Shown: in pieces, positions 1-11,661 of the stretch
How positions within the stretch are numbered: position 1 is the stretch's first letter
Layout: each line of letters begins with the position of its first letter
Assembly (NCBI GenBank): GCA_051530055.1
Contig: CM121342.1
Location: 1,832,797 to 1,896,796 of the forward strand
From: Neoechinorhynchus agilis
Taxonomy: Eukaryota; Animalia; Acanthocephala
DNA length: 64,000 nucleotides
Reading direction: 5' to 3'
Made by a program: the position numbers and the translations under genes
Notes under the pieces: generated by a model
Told to the model about the DNA's origin: nothing
Databases searched by the model: none
The model's input: only the letters and a program-made list of their open reading frames with translations

Positions 1-241
1 GCTGCATAATCAGCACCACAACCACCACAGGAGTCTAATCAAAATTCCTTGGCGTAGGAGCAAACACCCCGAACAAATGGGAAAGTGTTTTCCTTTGGCA
101 GGAAGCTTCTTAGCTGCTCAATAAAATCGTTAATGGCACTACCCATTCACCCCAACGCTACGGCTGAATGTCTGTCTAGCAGATTAACTAAAATTAGTCG
201 GAAGTGCGCAGCTACTTTATTGATTTATATGGCGCTCATAA

Positions 242-826
242 TCATGAAGGCACGATGATCCGTTCTCGCTCGGGAACGCGGCTCTCCTCAATTTGCGTCC
301 TCATTACATTGTGAACAGGGACCTCTGGGAACTGCTCACTAAGTAGACATTCAAGCTCTTGCTCAGCCTTATCCTCATCAACGAGAATTCCGCGCCCCAT
401 CGCATCCCCGATCGCTCTCTGCTCTTCGATCTGCTCATTGACAACAGACATCAATCGACTGATGTCATCCACATTCATTAATGAATTTATCTTCTTTAAA
501 CATTCTGATCCCAATCGAAGACCTTCGACGACTTCAACTTCAATCTGACCAAACTCAAGATCAACTATCATCTGCTCCACTGCCGTCAAATTACGCTCCA
601 TTTTATCACTTAGTCCTTCAAGTAGTTTCCGTTTTTTCATTATCGTTAGTGCTCTCTGCTTTTCTCCGTTTCGCAAAAGATAAAGCATTCGAGATCGATC
701 CACTTCAGTTGATGAATCCAATTGTCGTTGGTATTGCCTCAGTCGGTCGCGTTGGTGTTGAAGTTTGAATATTGCTTTGTCGTGATCAGTAACTCGACTT
801 CTTTTTTTCCCGAGAAGTGCACCCAT
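242..826 (-). CDS. CHMP6: ESCRT-III subunit CHMP6/VPS20 (Snf7 family), intronless, 194 aa
   Basis: N-terminus MGALLGKKRSRVTDHDKAIFKLQHQRDRLRQYQ with Gly2 myristoylation-type start; Snf7 core (LEFGQIEVEVVEGLRLGSECLKKINSLMNVDDI) matches VPS20 from recall. Confidence 0.9.
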   Translation of the reverse strand: MGALLGKKRSRVTDHDKAIFKLQHQRDRLRQYQRQLDSSTEVDRSRMLYLLRNGEKQRALTIMKKRKLLEGLSDKMERNLTAVEQMIVDLEFGQIEVEVVEGLRLGSECLKKINSLMNVDDISRLMSVVNEQIEEQRAIGDAMGRGILVDEDKAEQELECLLSEQFPEVPVHNVMRTQIEESRVPERERIIVPS

Positions 827-994
827 CTAAAGATTTTTGTTGAAAACTTTTATCCAATCTATGGATTCTAGACAATCGAGATACAGTTCGCACATAGTAA
901 AAAGGACTACTTCCAAAGTGCTTTTAACGAAGCAAAGTGCAGGTTCTTTGCTGAAATGATTTATTTTATCTCAATTCATTCTAAAAAAATTCTT

Positions 995-1110
995 TTTCTT
1001 AGTTATACCATCACTCTGATTTAAATTCATGCCCGACGAAATATCGGGGAAATAAATTAGTGAATTTAAATCTGGGGTGGCAACACTACCAAAAGAAAGT
1101 AAAATTCTAT
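995..1110. repeat. Dispersed repeat family A fragment (small foldback)
   Basis: gacgaaatatcggggaaataaattagtgaatttaaatctggggtggcaacactaccaaaag is shared with 4292-4355 and 17865-18150; it is preceded by an inverted copy of part of the unit. Confidence 0.65.
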
Positions 1111-1640
1111 ATTCAATAACGACGTTTTCTATAGATATTTAAAACTTGAGTAAATCACGACCTTCGCATCACAAAACAGTCACAAAATCAATCATTTTCA
1201 AGGATTGACAGCAAAATGACATCAGGAAGATTGACGTTTGTCAGCAGTGACTTAGGCAAGTGGAGGAGCATTTATCCTCCAATCTAAATATTCTTTTTTA
1301 AAAAAGTATTGATCATACTGGCGATCGAAGTCATTAGCGACACTTCACTCGGCATTGTTCGTGATGAAAAAGTGCATTAAAAAATGACATTTATTCAATT
1401 TACATGATTAGGCTTAACTTGAATGCCGATCAGTAGAAAGTCATAATTTTCAATAAAAAAAGAGTGGCAGATATTTATCACTTCGTGGCCAAATCGATCG
1501 ATTGTGTTCCTCCCCCCCATTTAATAGAAATCACGCATCAATTTTGCCTTTAGGACAATAGGCAAAGTGTTTAATTAATCACTCATTAAAAGTACAGAGA
1601 GGAAATCTCTCGGGATTCCGGCTAAAACGTATTTTATTGA

Positions 1641-1671
1641 GATGTTTCGAAGCAGGAAGCTTCGACCTCGG
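1641..1671 (-). ncRNA. Degenerate minimal hammerhead-like core
   Basis: Minus strand ccgaggt-c-GAAGC-ttcct-GCTTC-GAAA-catc followed by AATAAA; stem II is perfect but the core has two substitutions. Confidence 0.3.
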
Positions 1672-2763
1672 ACATCAACCAAACAACTATACCTTTTCCA
1701 AACCGATTGCGTGTACTTTTTTTATCCCTAAACTTGCTTGCGCTTTGCGAGCACACTTACGACAATACTCAATGACGTATTCTTATCGACGTTTCTATTC
1801 TTTCTTCTTTATCAAGGGCTAATAAATTTGCATCGTTTTGAAAAATACCATGATTTTAATGAGTAGATCAACGATTTGTTGCAAATGAAGTTTTTTAATG
1901 ACTCGGATTTAAAATTGAATGCCGTGGGATTATTATATCGTATCTGTTACTAAATGGATTCAGATTTGTGTTTTTTATTCCTGTCGAAAAAAAATTGACT
2001 CTTTCTCACTAACCCAACAAGAAAAAGTCTGCAAAATTCTTAAATTGATCACATCTTCCGATCCATTTTGAGTTCTAAAATTTAAGCCAATTACAACGAA
2101 AAAGCATTATTTTGGATGTTGTGCACTGAAGCACAAGTTCGCAAAGGTCATAAGAATGTTTGACGTTTTCCAAAGAAGTTCTTAGGTTATATTGCTTTTA
2201 ACAATAAAAATATTGTTCGGCGTTATTAAATCTGCATTAAAAGTATGTTTTTTGTGAGTCAATCACGGTATTTCAACTTGGACAGCGATATCATTTTTTG
2301 ACTTGTTCAAAAGAAATCTCACCACGGTTAAATTTCACTGCCATTGAAAGTGAAATCAGTGAACGTCCGATCCGCAATAATTCGTTCAATCAGATTCGTC
2401 GAAGATAGGCTTTTGCACACCATCCGCCATGTCCAGTAAAAACTCTTGCGTTACTGCTATAAATTCTTAAAGAAAATTTGAATGGATCACCCTATGAAAA
2501 TTATTTATTGCGACGAATTAGTTGTGTTGACTGTTAGGCTGGATAAATTACTCAAACGTCTCTCTACCGTTGACGACATAAAATGTAAAGTGAGAAATTA
2601 ACGGAACTAATAAACTTAAAGTACAAAAATACTATATCGGGCATTATTTTTAATCAATGGGAAACATTCTAATTTTTATTTTACGAAAGCTTAATGAACG
2701 GCATTAGCGATTATCAATACTTAGTACAGTTTCGGTGAGCATAATCTCGGCGATGGCGTGTTC

Positions 2764-3100
2764 GATTTATTTGAAATATTTCACATTCAAACAATGACTG
2801 ATGAGGCGAGGTTACTTAATGAAACATTTCACATAAATCAAATATCTTGGATTATTATCTTCGGATGAAAAAAGACTTTCTTTATCTTAGTTATACCATC
2901 GTTCGGATTTAGATTCACAAATTTATTTTCCCTGATATTTCACCTCTCGGATTATTCCGACATCTCCTCAAGGTTCGTCCGGGCAACATGTTCGTCAAAC
3001 CCCAGTTCCTGGACTCATTGCCCACTATAACCTCTAGAGGACTCGAATCTCTCCTTGAGGAAATGTCAGAATTATCCGATGTGAAATATCGGAAATGGTT
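2764..3100. repeat. Foldback of family A repeats with degenerate hammerhead-like cores (2798 +, 2934-2971 -, 3055-3090 +)
   Basis: Inverted arms 2920-2975 and 3052-3100 (cctcaagg...ccttgagg; gatatttcac...gtgaaatatc); ctgatgaggcgaggttac at 2798 matches 38353. Confidence 0.6.
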
Positions 3101-3789
3101 GATTTTATGGCGAAGAAATTAAAATGATCTTATTTTTAAAATCCGATATTTCGGCACAATCTTGTACCCTTATCAAGGTCTAAAAATTACGTCCGGCTAT
3201 TCCCTTCAACCGTTTCCACTTGGCGGATGAACATTGCCTCCAAAATTACACGGTCCCATTTTGTTTCACTGTGTGCCTAAATGGTGGCGTTGCCAATATC
3301 CACGACGTGATCTTGTTGCTCAAAAGTGGTTAAGTATCGCGGAACTGGCATCGGTGCCTCTCCTCAGAGCACATTTGTGTTCTTTGGTTCTTTCCAAATT
3401 AGGATTTAATACATTCGGTGCAAAGAATTTTGTACACCACTCCTTTGCCTTGATGTTCTTCGCGTTTCTTCACCATGGAGTTTAATTGCTTAGCTTTCTT
3501 GGTGTAGATATGACACTCGATGTCTTTGAACGATCAGATTATTAATTGTAGTGAACAGCTCATCATCGACGAATGGCGCATCTATGAAGGCCCCTTGTAT
3601 TGGCTCCTGCAACACTGCTTTCCTTCCATAGAAGGCCCTGCAACTAGCTCTTCTTATCATGCAGATTGGATAGCATTTTCCTTTTAACAAGCTCAACAGA
3701 AATTCAATTCCTCGCTGAGGGAGTCTTGGTCGGAGCAATAGTTATAGGCCCGGTCAAATTGCGACTTAATCCTAGTTACTTTAGATTTA

Positions 3790-3990
3790 ATTGGTACCAT
3801 TGTAATTAAAGGGGCTGTCTATGCGCGATTGGGAGGGTAAGTATGTTTCAAGCCTACCGGGTGTGCAATTCTGGCAGAGGTACGTAGATGACACTTTTAT
3901 CTTAATCGACAAGTTCACAGAACCGAAAAAGTTTGCTCACATGCTGAATTTCAATCACAGCAACATCCAATAGTCACCGTGGACTTGGAG
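3790..3990 (+). mobile_element. Penelope-like reverse transcriptase remnant
   Basis: Translates PGVQFWQRYVDDTFILI...HMLNFNHSNIQ (RYVDD catalytic motif); runs directly into the 140-bp tandem repeat. Confidence 0.65.
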
Positions 3991-3991
3991 A

Positions 3992-4360
3992 AGGAAAATG
4001 TCGGAATTATCCGATGTGAAATATCGGAAATAAATTAGTGAATCAAAATCCGAGTGACGGTATAACTAAGATAAAGAAAGTCTCTTTTCCCGCGATGATA
4101 ATTATCCAAGATATTTGATTTATTTGAAATTGAGGAAATGTCTGAAATATTCGATGTGAAATATCGTAAATAAATTAGTGAATCTAATTCCGAACGGTGG
4201 TATAACTAAGAAAAAGAAAGTCTCTCTTCATCCGAAGATAATAATCCAAGATATTTGATTTATTTGAAATTGGGGAAATGTCTGAAACATCCGATGTGAA
4301 ATATCGGAAATAAATTAGCGAATTTAAATCCATGGTGACAAAACTACCAAAAGTAAATCA
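3992..4360 (+). repeat. Tandem repeat, 140-bp period (~2.6 copies), each with a hammerhead-like core
   Basis: gatgtGAAAtatcg recurs with GAAA at 4018, 4158 and 4298; units are near-identical. Confidence 0.85.
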
Positions 4361-4535
4361 ATTATGTCATGCCCGTGATTATATTCATCAAAATTATACT
4401 TTGAATATCCCGAATGATTTTCTACCTATCAATACTTAGTAATTGTAAATATCGATCGATATGTGAGGACGTAGCGGGTTATATGATTGGAATTATTGTT
4501 TAGGTCTTCTTCACCCATTAAAGGGTTTTATTAGG

Positions 4536-4567
4536 GATGTTTCGAACCTCGTCTTGTTCATCATCAG
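4536..4567 (-). ncRNA. Minimal hammerhead-like core (pLTR-type), probably degenerate
   Basis: Minus strand CTGATGA-t-GAAC-aagacgag-GTTC-GAAA-catc followed by taataaa; no convincing stem I. Confidence 0.4.
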
Positions 4568-4877
4568 TATGATATCATCAGTGTGTTGGTCAAATCCGAG
4601 GAGTTTCGAAAAGTCTTCAATAAAAAATTACCGGTGAAGACTTCTAAATAGCACTTCGCATTAAATTTTAACGCAAGCGATTTTTCAAACGATCTGCAAA
4701 CTTGGTATATAATTGCTTATTTTACTACGTATATCCAAATAGTGTAAATATAAAAACGCTGCTGACTCTCATAGGGATTTCCCCATCTATGGTCCGCGCA
4801 AATCATGTGGATTTGTGGTTGTAAACAAAAATTCATATTAAAAATATATAATGCAGGATTTCATTCGGGTTGAAAGA

Positions 4878-5006
4878 TATTCTTGTTCAGCGGCTTAAAC
4901 CCCGAGACGTATTCATGTTATTTAATATTTCGTGGACAAAATCCACCTCTTCATATATTGTTTGTAAGTTTAAACGTCTCAGGGGTTGAACCGCTCAACA
5001 AGAATA
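4878..5006. mobile_element. MITE-like element with ~33-bp imperfect terminal inverted repeats
   Basis: tattcttgttcagcggcttaaaccccgagacgt versus acgtctcaggggttgaaccgctcaacaagaata. Confidence 0.45.
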
Positions 5007-5752
5007 AAAAATTCAGGACTAAAACGTTCATTGACTGTCATTTTATTTAGTCGTCTTTTTTGCTAAAATTGCTAACAGATTTTCCCCACAATTCTTATCA
5101 AACGCTGATACGCACGTAGTTTATTGCAACGATGAATTAAAAAAGGGAAAATTGTTCAAAATTTTGTTCAAAAAATGAGTGAATTGCGCCAAAGTGTACA
5201 AAATCAAAAATAATTAGGAGTCTTTTCTCTGCAGAATTAAAACGGATGTTCGCCATGAAATATTTTTTAGTGAAAAAATTGATTTAAAAATTCAATTAAG
5301 AGTGAACAAATCCGCAAGAAGAGTCTTTTTGTCCTTGTCTCAAACGACATTCCAAGTTCTCATTATCAAAATGCCGCCGATCTTTCGTCAAACGCACTGA
5401 CATTTTCTATCCCTTGCATCTACATTCAAGACGAAGGATAAATCAGACGCATTTAACAAGCTCAAAGAATTCAATTCGCTGATAGCCACGAGCCTGGTTG
5501 TGAATTTCGAGCGCATTCGCCCTTTCGCTTACTGTGCACGAAAAACTCAGCCGTTTGCACGCAAAGGCGTCAAAGGCGAAAGCCGCACACGCAGGCGCGA
5601 CGAAGCGATTTTTCGAAAAACCTCACCGCCGGTATTTTAGTGTGCACATAAACCCACGCCGCCGTATCAACTGCTCCTTTTGCCGACAAAGGGTTCGTTA
5701 TTTTCGTGCCCAGTGTGTCAAGGGGTAAAAGACTACAACTCTAGAAATCCTA

Positions 5753-6553
5753 ATGTCCCAAGCAGCTCAGGAAGCACCAATGAACCCATTAAGTAAACGA
5801 GAAGACGAAATCTTGAACGATGACGAAAGCATCACTCGACTTGGTCCTATAATTTTCCGTTCCTCGTGGACTCTATGGATGGCGGATAATACTTCCAATG
5901 GAATGGGCACCTATGAATATATGCAACGTCTCAGGAATGTGCTCACGATTAAAAACAGTGAAGATTTTAACTCCATGATAGAAAACGTTGCACCACCCCA
6001 TTTTTTGCCAGCGTCTTACAGTTACAACCTCATGAAAAATGGATCCCTTCCACTTTGGTGAGTCCTGTCACCATTTATGACTCCTACATGTTTATCAAAA
6101 AAGGGAAGATCCCACTCACATTGAAGGAGGAGAATTCGAGTTTAGATGCTCAAAGGCTTACACTGTGAGTGCCGCTTTTTTTACATAAATTTTCATGAAA
6201 ATACTCGTAGACATTTGCATGGACAGAACTAGTTGCTGGTATACTTCTTGACAAGTTCAATGATAACGTACATCCAGGTAAGTAGTGTTTTATTTATAAA
6301 ATTCTATAATTATAACAGAGGACGAGATCCTTGGTGTTGGCGTCAGCATTAAACCTCATTTTGACACGATCCAGATCTGGCACAAATACGCTCTATATTC
6401 AAGCGATGCAGACATTCAGTATTCTATACGGTATTTATTGCCAGGACTATCGTTACCTTACTACAAACGTACGCTCGAATTTCATAACTTTTAATCCGAA
6501 ATTGTCACTTTTCTATAGTGCACTTCTCCAAAGTTCAACAACAGACTGGATAA
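5753..6553 (+). CDS. EIF4E3: eIF4E family cap-binding protein, class III-like; 5 exons (introns 6058-6103, 6165-6210, 6278-6318, 6469-6518)
   Basis: Four GT-AG introns (46, 46, 41, 50 nt) give a continuous frame: SWTLWM...YSYNLMKNGSLPLWEDPTHIEGG...EDEILGVGVSIKPHFDTIQIWH...YYKLH, resembling eIF4E3. Confidence 0.8.
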
Positions 6554-6815
6554 TTACCAATCGGTTACGTTTTCCGCCGAAGTAAATCCATAAACACGAC
6601 TGTACTTCTGAGTGTGTGAGTTAGAAAAACTAGCATCCATAAACGTTTTGTTGAAGTAATTAAGAAACAAAAATTATGATTAAGAGCCCTTATTAGTTTC
6701 TGTCATGATATAATCGAAACTGAACACCCTAATTCAGCACAGATTTAACGGCAATAGTGACAAAAAATTTAATCCTCATTTTGATTGATAAAACAAATAC
6801 TTAGCACAATGTTTA

Positions 6816-7728
6816 CCTGACTTCTAGAACATGTTCGTCCGTGTTCCATAAAGGCAAAACCAGTATTCGTAGCAATTCATTGTAGCTTTTATCTCAAACA
6901 ACGAACACAATGGCGACTCTTCGGTTTCGCGTTTAAAACCATTTATACGTTTTTATTCAATGGATTGTATACCCTAAGTCCTGACTTCTAGAACATGTTT
7001 ATCCGTGTTCCATAAAGGCAAAACCAGTATTCGTAACAAATCATTGGAGGCTTCATGCGGAACAGAAAACACCAAGACGACACTTCAGTTTGATGTTGAG
7101 AACGAAGGAATCGATCGTAATCATGGGATTTCATACGTTAAGTCTTGAGTTCGTTGGCGTATTCATCCGTGTTCCATAAAGGCAAAACCAGTATTCATAA
7201 CAAATCACTGTAGCTTTAATCTCAAACAACGGACACAATGGCGACTCTTCGGTTTCGTGTTTAAAACCATTTATACGTTTTTATTCAATGGATTGTATAC
7301 CCTAAGTCCTGACTTCTAGAACATGTTCATCCGTGTGACATAAAGGCAAAACCAGTGTTCGTAACAAATCATTGGAGGCTTCATGCGGAACAGAAAACAC
7401 CAAGACGACACTTCAGTTTGATGTTGAGAACGAAGGAATCGATCGTAATCATGGGATTTCATACGTTGTCTTGAGTTCGTTGGCGTATTCATCCGTGTTC
7501 CATAAAGGCAAAACCAGTATTCATAACAAATCACTGTAGCTTTAATCTCAAACAACGAACACAATGGCGACTCTTCGGTTTCGTGTTTAAAACCATTTAT
7601 ACGTTTTTATTCAATGGATTGTATACCCTAAGCCCTGACTTCTAGAACATGTTCATCCGTGTGACATAAAGGCAAAACCAGTATTCGTAACAAATCATTG
7701 GAGGCTTCATGCAGAACAGAAAACACCA
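6816..7728. repeat. Satellite array, ~164-bp monomers alternating A/B (~328-bp dimer), left part
   Basis: atccgtg...ataaaggcaaaaccagt anchors at ~6837, 7001, 7165, 7329, 7491 and 7655. Confidence 0.95.
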
Positions 7729-9060
7729 CCGCCACCAACAACAAGATTTATTCATCATTTTGAACATGTAGATGGAAGCTGAACGAAATAATGAAATACA
7801 AAGTTCAATACGGGAAGCCCGGAAACTCATCAGCTCTCCGGCCTATGGAAACGGCAAGGAATCTATGTGTTGATGCAAAGATTCGACAAAAACAGTCTTT
7901 TGTTCTGGGGACGACCTCTTGTGAAAAATACTAGGCCAGGATACTATAGCTCTTCCAAATAGCTTGCGATTGTGTTGAGCTTTTTCTAAGATTCGTGGCT
8001 CGCCTTGCTTTTTTTGAGACCTAATTTCGGTATTTTTTCATTCTATTCAAGTCAAATCTCGATGAAAGATACGCCGTAAAAGTGTGTCTTAGGATTCGTA
8101 ATTTTAGTGGAGTGTTAGAATTTGCCGGGCCGGCATCATTAGTAGATTTGATAAGATTGTTAAAAAGGAGTTTAAGATCCTTCCAAAGTCTACAAGAACG
8201 GGCTTTAAAAATACACATAGATTTCTACATGTTCAGTGATAAATTCATTAAAGGTAAAAAGGAATTGAACAAGCTTCATCTAATCTCCGCCCGCGAAAGT
8301 CCATAGTGACTAGTTGCGATGGGGTATCGAAAGGTTGGTGAACTGTTCCGAATTCCTAGAGTCGGTATTTGGAAGCGATGACTATACCACACGGGCTGGA
8401 GGCTTTAGACAATTTGTGAACTCATTCCTTGTTCCCGGTACCTGTTTCCCACTATTCTTAGCCCATGCTCAGTATTTCTTAAATTCGGGACATCCTCTGT
8501 AGAAGCTCGAATGCTGTCCTATGCGATTAGCGCAAAGTTTTTTCGAATTAGGGCACTTTTCCGAGCCATGAGTCGATTCGGCACAGCGGCAACATTTTTT
8601 GATGAAAGATGAGGGCAGGATTGGTGCCAGTGTCCCCATTGTTGGTAGATATTGATTTGAGGGAACATATAATCATCCTGTTCGCAATTTGATTTAAACG
8701 AAAAAAGAATTTCGATGCAGTTGAAGGTGCAATACTGTTGGGAGCACAAATCTTCAAGCCCATGCCTTTGGCCTTCGACCATAGCGATTGGAATGGGTTG
8801 CCCTGACTTTCTTGAATATAAGAAGTACTTAATCCTTCAATTGAAAGTTAGTTTGAATTGTTCCCGCTCTTCTTTGTTAATGGAAGGTTCGATCCCTTTG
8901 ACCAAAAGTTGCACTTTCTGTGAGCTAGTCGAGACCTTGTTGATTTCATTTGCAAGATTGGAATTAGAGAAATTGACGATATGTGTCATCCAATTGTAAG
9001 CTTTTAAATATATTCCCATTGTGAGCAAATAGTAGGTTTAGATGGCCAATCCTTTTTATA
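7729..9060 (-). mobile_element. Decayed Penelope-like RT N-terminal region
   Basis: Fragmented minus-strand frames with LVTMDF and PKTHFYGVS (cf. PxFYGLPKIHK); many stops and frameshifts. Confidence 0.45.
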
Positions 9061-9074
9061 CCGTCGTATTTGAA

Positions 9075-11661
9075 AGATAATAACACGTTTATTCTTAAAA
9101 ATACAAAGATAGAATAGGCGGACCCATGCAGCTTTGGGTCCTCATAAGCATTTCAGTTCACAATTGTTCAAAAAGCGTATTCGCTAGGATGGGAATATCC
9201 AGTCGAGGGATGCCGTTCGGGAGATAATATCTGGTTGGAGGGATGCATATTCGGGCGGGACTATCCAGTCGGGAGAGGTTCGTTCGGGTGAGGATGTGTC
9301 CGTTCGATTGAGAATATCCGGTCGGGTTGGAAGGTCCGTTCTGGTGGGAATTGGAGTTTATTGCTTGCAGGAGCGCTTATAAGGCTGATCTTTCCTCAGA
9401 ATCATTTCAGGTTATGATATCCGAGAGAAGATTGGACAGCATGGAAAAAATGAGCGTATATATAGGAAGGTGCGAGGTTGATGGAGGATGAATCGAATTA
9501 GGATTACGAGTGTTGTGCTCGTGTGAAAAGGGGACGACACGTGGTAGAAATTGTGGTGGTAGGGTTGATAGGCATTTTGATTGTTTTATGAAAATAACAT
9601 TAAGGCATTCGGTGAGAGGGGGAAAGTCAGCTATGCAAATTTTAGATGCTCTTTTATGAACAATTTCAAGACGGCGGATTAGCGATTTGGAAAGGTTGCA
9701 GAATACAGGATAGCCGTAGGCGAGGGAAGGTAAAATAAAGCAGAAGTAAAATTTGTAGAGATCGTGTGAAGGGATTCCTAAATGTGGGATGCGTTTGAGG
9801 AGATAAATTTTAAAGCGTTGTGCTTGAGGGGTAGAGTGATGTGCGAGTCCCATTTCAAATTTGATTGAAATTGGATACCCAGAATTCTCAGGGAGGTTAC
9901 TCGTAGGATGTCACTTAGAAGCTCAGGCGGTGATGTGGCGTTCCGGGAGAGAGGGGACCATTTCGAAGCATTTAGAGAAATTGAGGTGGAGTTTATGATT
10001 GGTGCAGGAATCTCTTATGTGTGTGATTTCTTTAGAATTTAAGGAAAGGGAGAGGTGGGGTGGTGAATGGGTGATGTGGGTGATATCGTCGGCGTATAAG
10101 AAGAGTTTAGGGTGAGAGGAGAGAGGTTTGAGGTTGTTCAGGAAAATATTAAAGAGAAGTGGTGACGGCACAGCACCTTGAGGTACATGCCTTTGGTGAG
10201 GGATATACTGATAGAAGAGGTAGAACGGTAGTGAATGTATTGTTTGCAATTGTGAAGATAAGATTCGAGCCAGCAGATCTGCCGCAAGTTGAGACCAAAA
10301 TCGGAGCAGGCTCGGACAAGGAGTGAATGGTCCACGAAATCGAATGGTTTCGATAAATCAAGTTGAATGAGACGGGCGACGTGGGAGGGATTATTGTCGA
10401 GGTTACGTAGGAGAGTGTCATAAACGCAAAGTAGGGCAACGGTTGCAGAAAATTTGGACCGGAAGCCAAATTGTAGGGGTGATAACTTTTCGTGGAGAAG
10501 TGAAAGACGAGATTTGAAACATTTTTCGGTGATTTTTAGAAAGTGCGGTTAGAATGGATATTGAACGGAATGATTTGGTGGAAATAGGATGTTCTTTTTC
10601 GGAAGAAGTATAACTTTAGCAGTTTCAGGCATGCGGTGTTGATGCCATATAAAAAGGTGTGGTTTATAATGTGGGTAAGAGGGTTGAGAAGTTCGGGGAT
10701 GACGCAGCGAAGAGCATTTCGGATTGAGAGGATGAATTTCTAGGTAATTTCTTGAGAAAATGTAGTACTTCGTATGGCGAAACTAATGGGAGTACAGGAG
10801 AGTTGAAAGAAGTTTTAGTTGCGAAAGTGAAAGATTGCGTAGAGTCTCACGTTGAACAATGATTGTAATTTGAGTCAGGGCAGTGGTTCTAATTGATAGT
10901 TTCTAAGACATGTTTCAGTTCAGAAGAGATCAAATTTGGGAAGGGGTTCAGTGTTGCGTAGACAAAGAGAGTCCTTGAAGGTCCACCATCATGTAGAATT
11001 GCCACCTGTATTCGTAAGTGCTTTTTGTAAATGGGGAAAGTTTGGAGAGTTATTTCGATGGGCCTCAGATGCTTGCTTTTGAAAGAGTTTTTAAGGTGGA
11101 TGTTGTCCATGGTGGTTCGCGGTTGGAGATCCTAATGAATTTGTCGGGAATTGTCGAAGTTAGTGAGTTTTTTATCATTGAGGTGAGGGAGGGCATGTCC
11201 AAGGAAGGGTCATTTGTGTTTTCAGAATGGGATTTACGGATGTTAGAGTTGAACAATTTTAAAAAAATTTGGATTTGATGATCACGTTTATCCCAAACGG
11301 GTAAACCTGGAAATTTCATAGGCTGAGGTAGGGTGCGGGAGCAATAAGGGCAGAAGAGTGGTCAGAGTTCGCGGGGGGGAGGGAATTTAGAGACTGATGA
11401 GTAGTCGTCGATAAGTGTGAAAGCAAGTGTAGATTCCTTCTCCAGGATCTGAGATTGTGACCCATGATTGGAGAGCGATTGCTCTCGCACTTCTTGAGCC
11501 AAAAAGATACACGTATATAGTTAAGTGGCCGTGTGTTACCATCCTCACGAACTCCACGGTCATCGGGAGGATCTGGAGGTGTCGAGACTGATTTTGGAGT
11601 TTCAACGGCCTTTTTCGCTGCAACGAAAACTGCGTAAGAGTACAACGATCACTCGCTCGAA
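9075..11661 (-). mobile_element. L2/CR1-group LINE, 5'-truncated and frameshifted (APE C-terminus plus RT)
   Basis: Motifs NSDHS, REPPWTT, DLSKPFDFVDHSLL, PQGAVPSPLLFNIF, FLYADD; 3' tail aataaacgtgttattat is shared with copies at 31.26 and 46.51 kb. Confidence 0.9.

Noticed and set aside
3234-3738. Short ORFs as possible transposase remnants
   Set aside because: No diagnostic motif could be identified.
7149-7166. TTCGTTGG resembling a CENP-B box
   Set aside because: Lacks the conserved A and CGGG of the box core.
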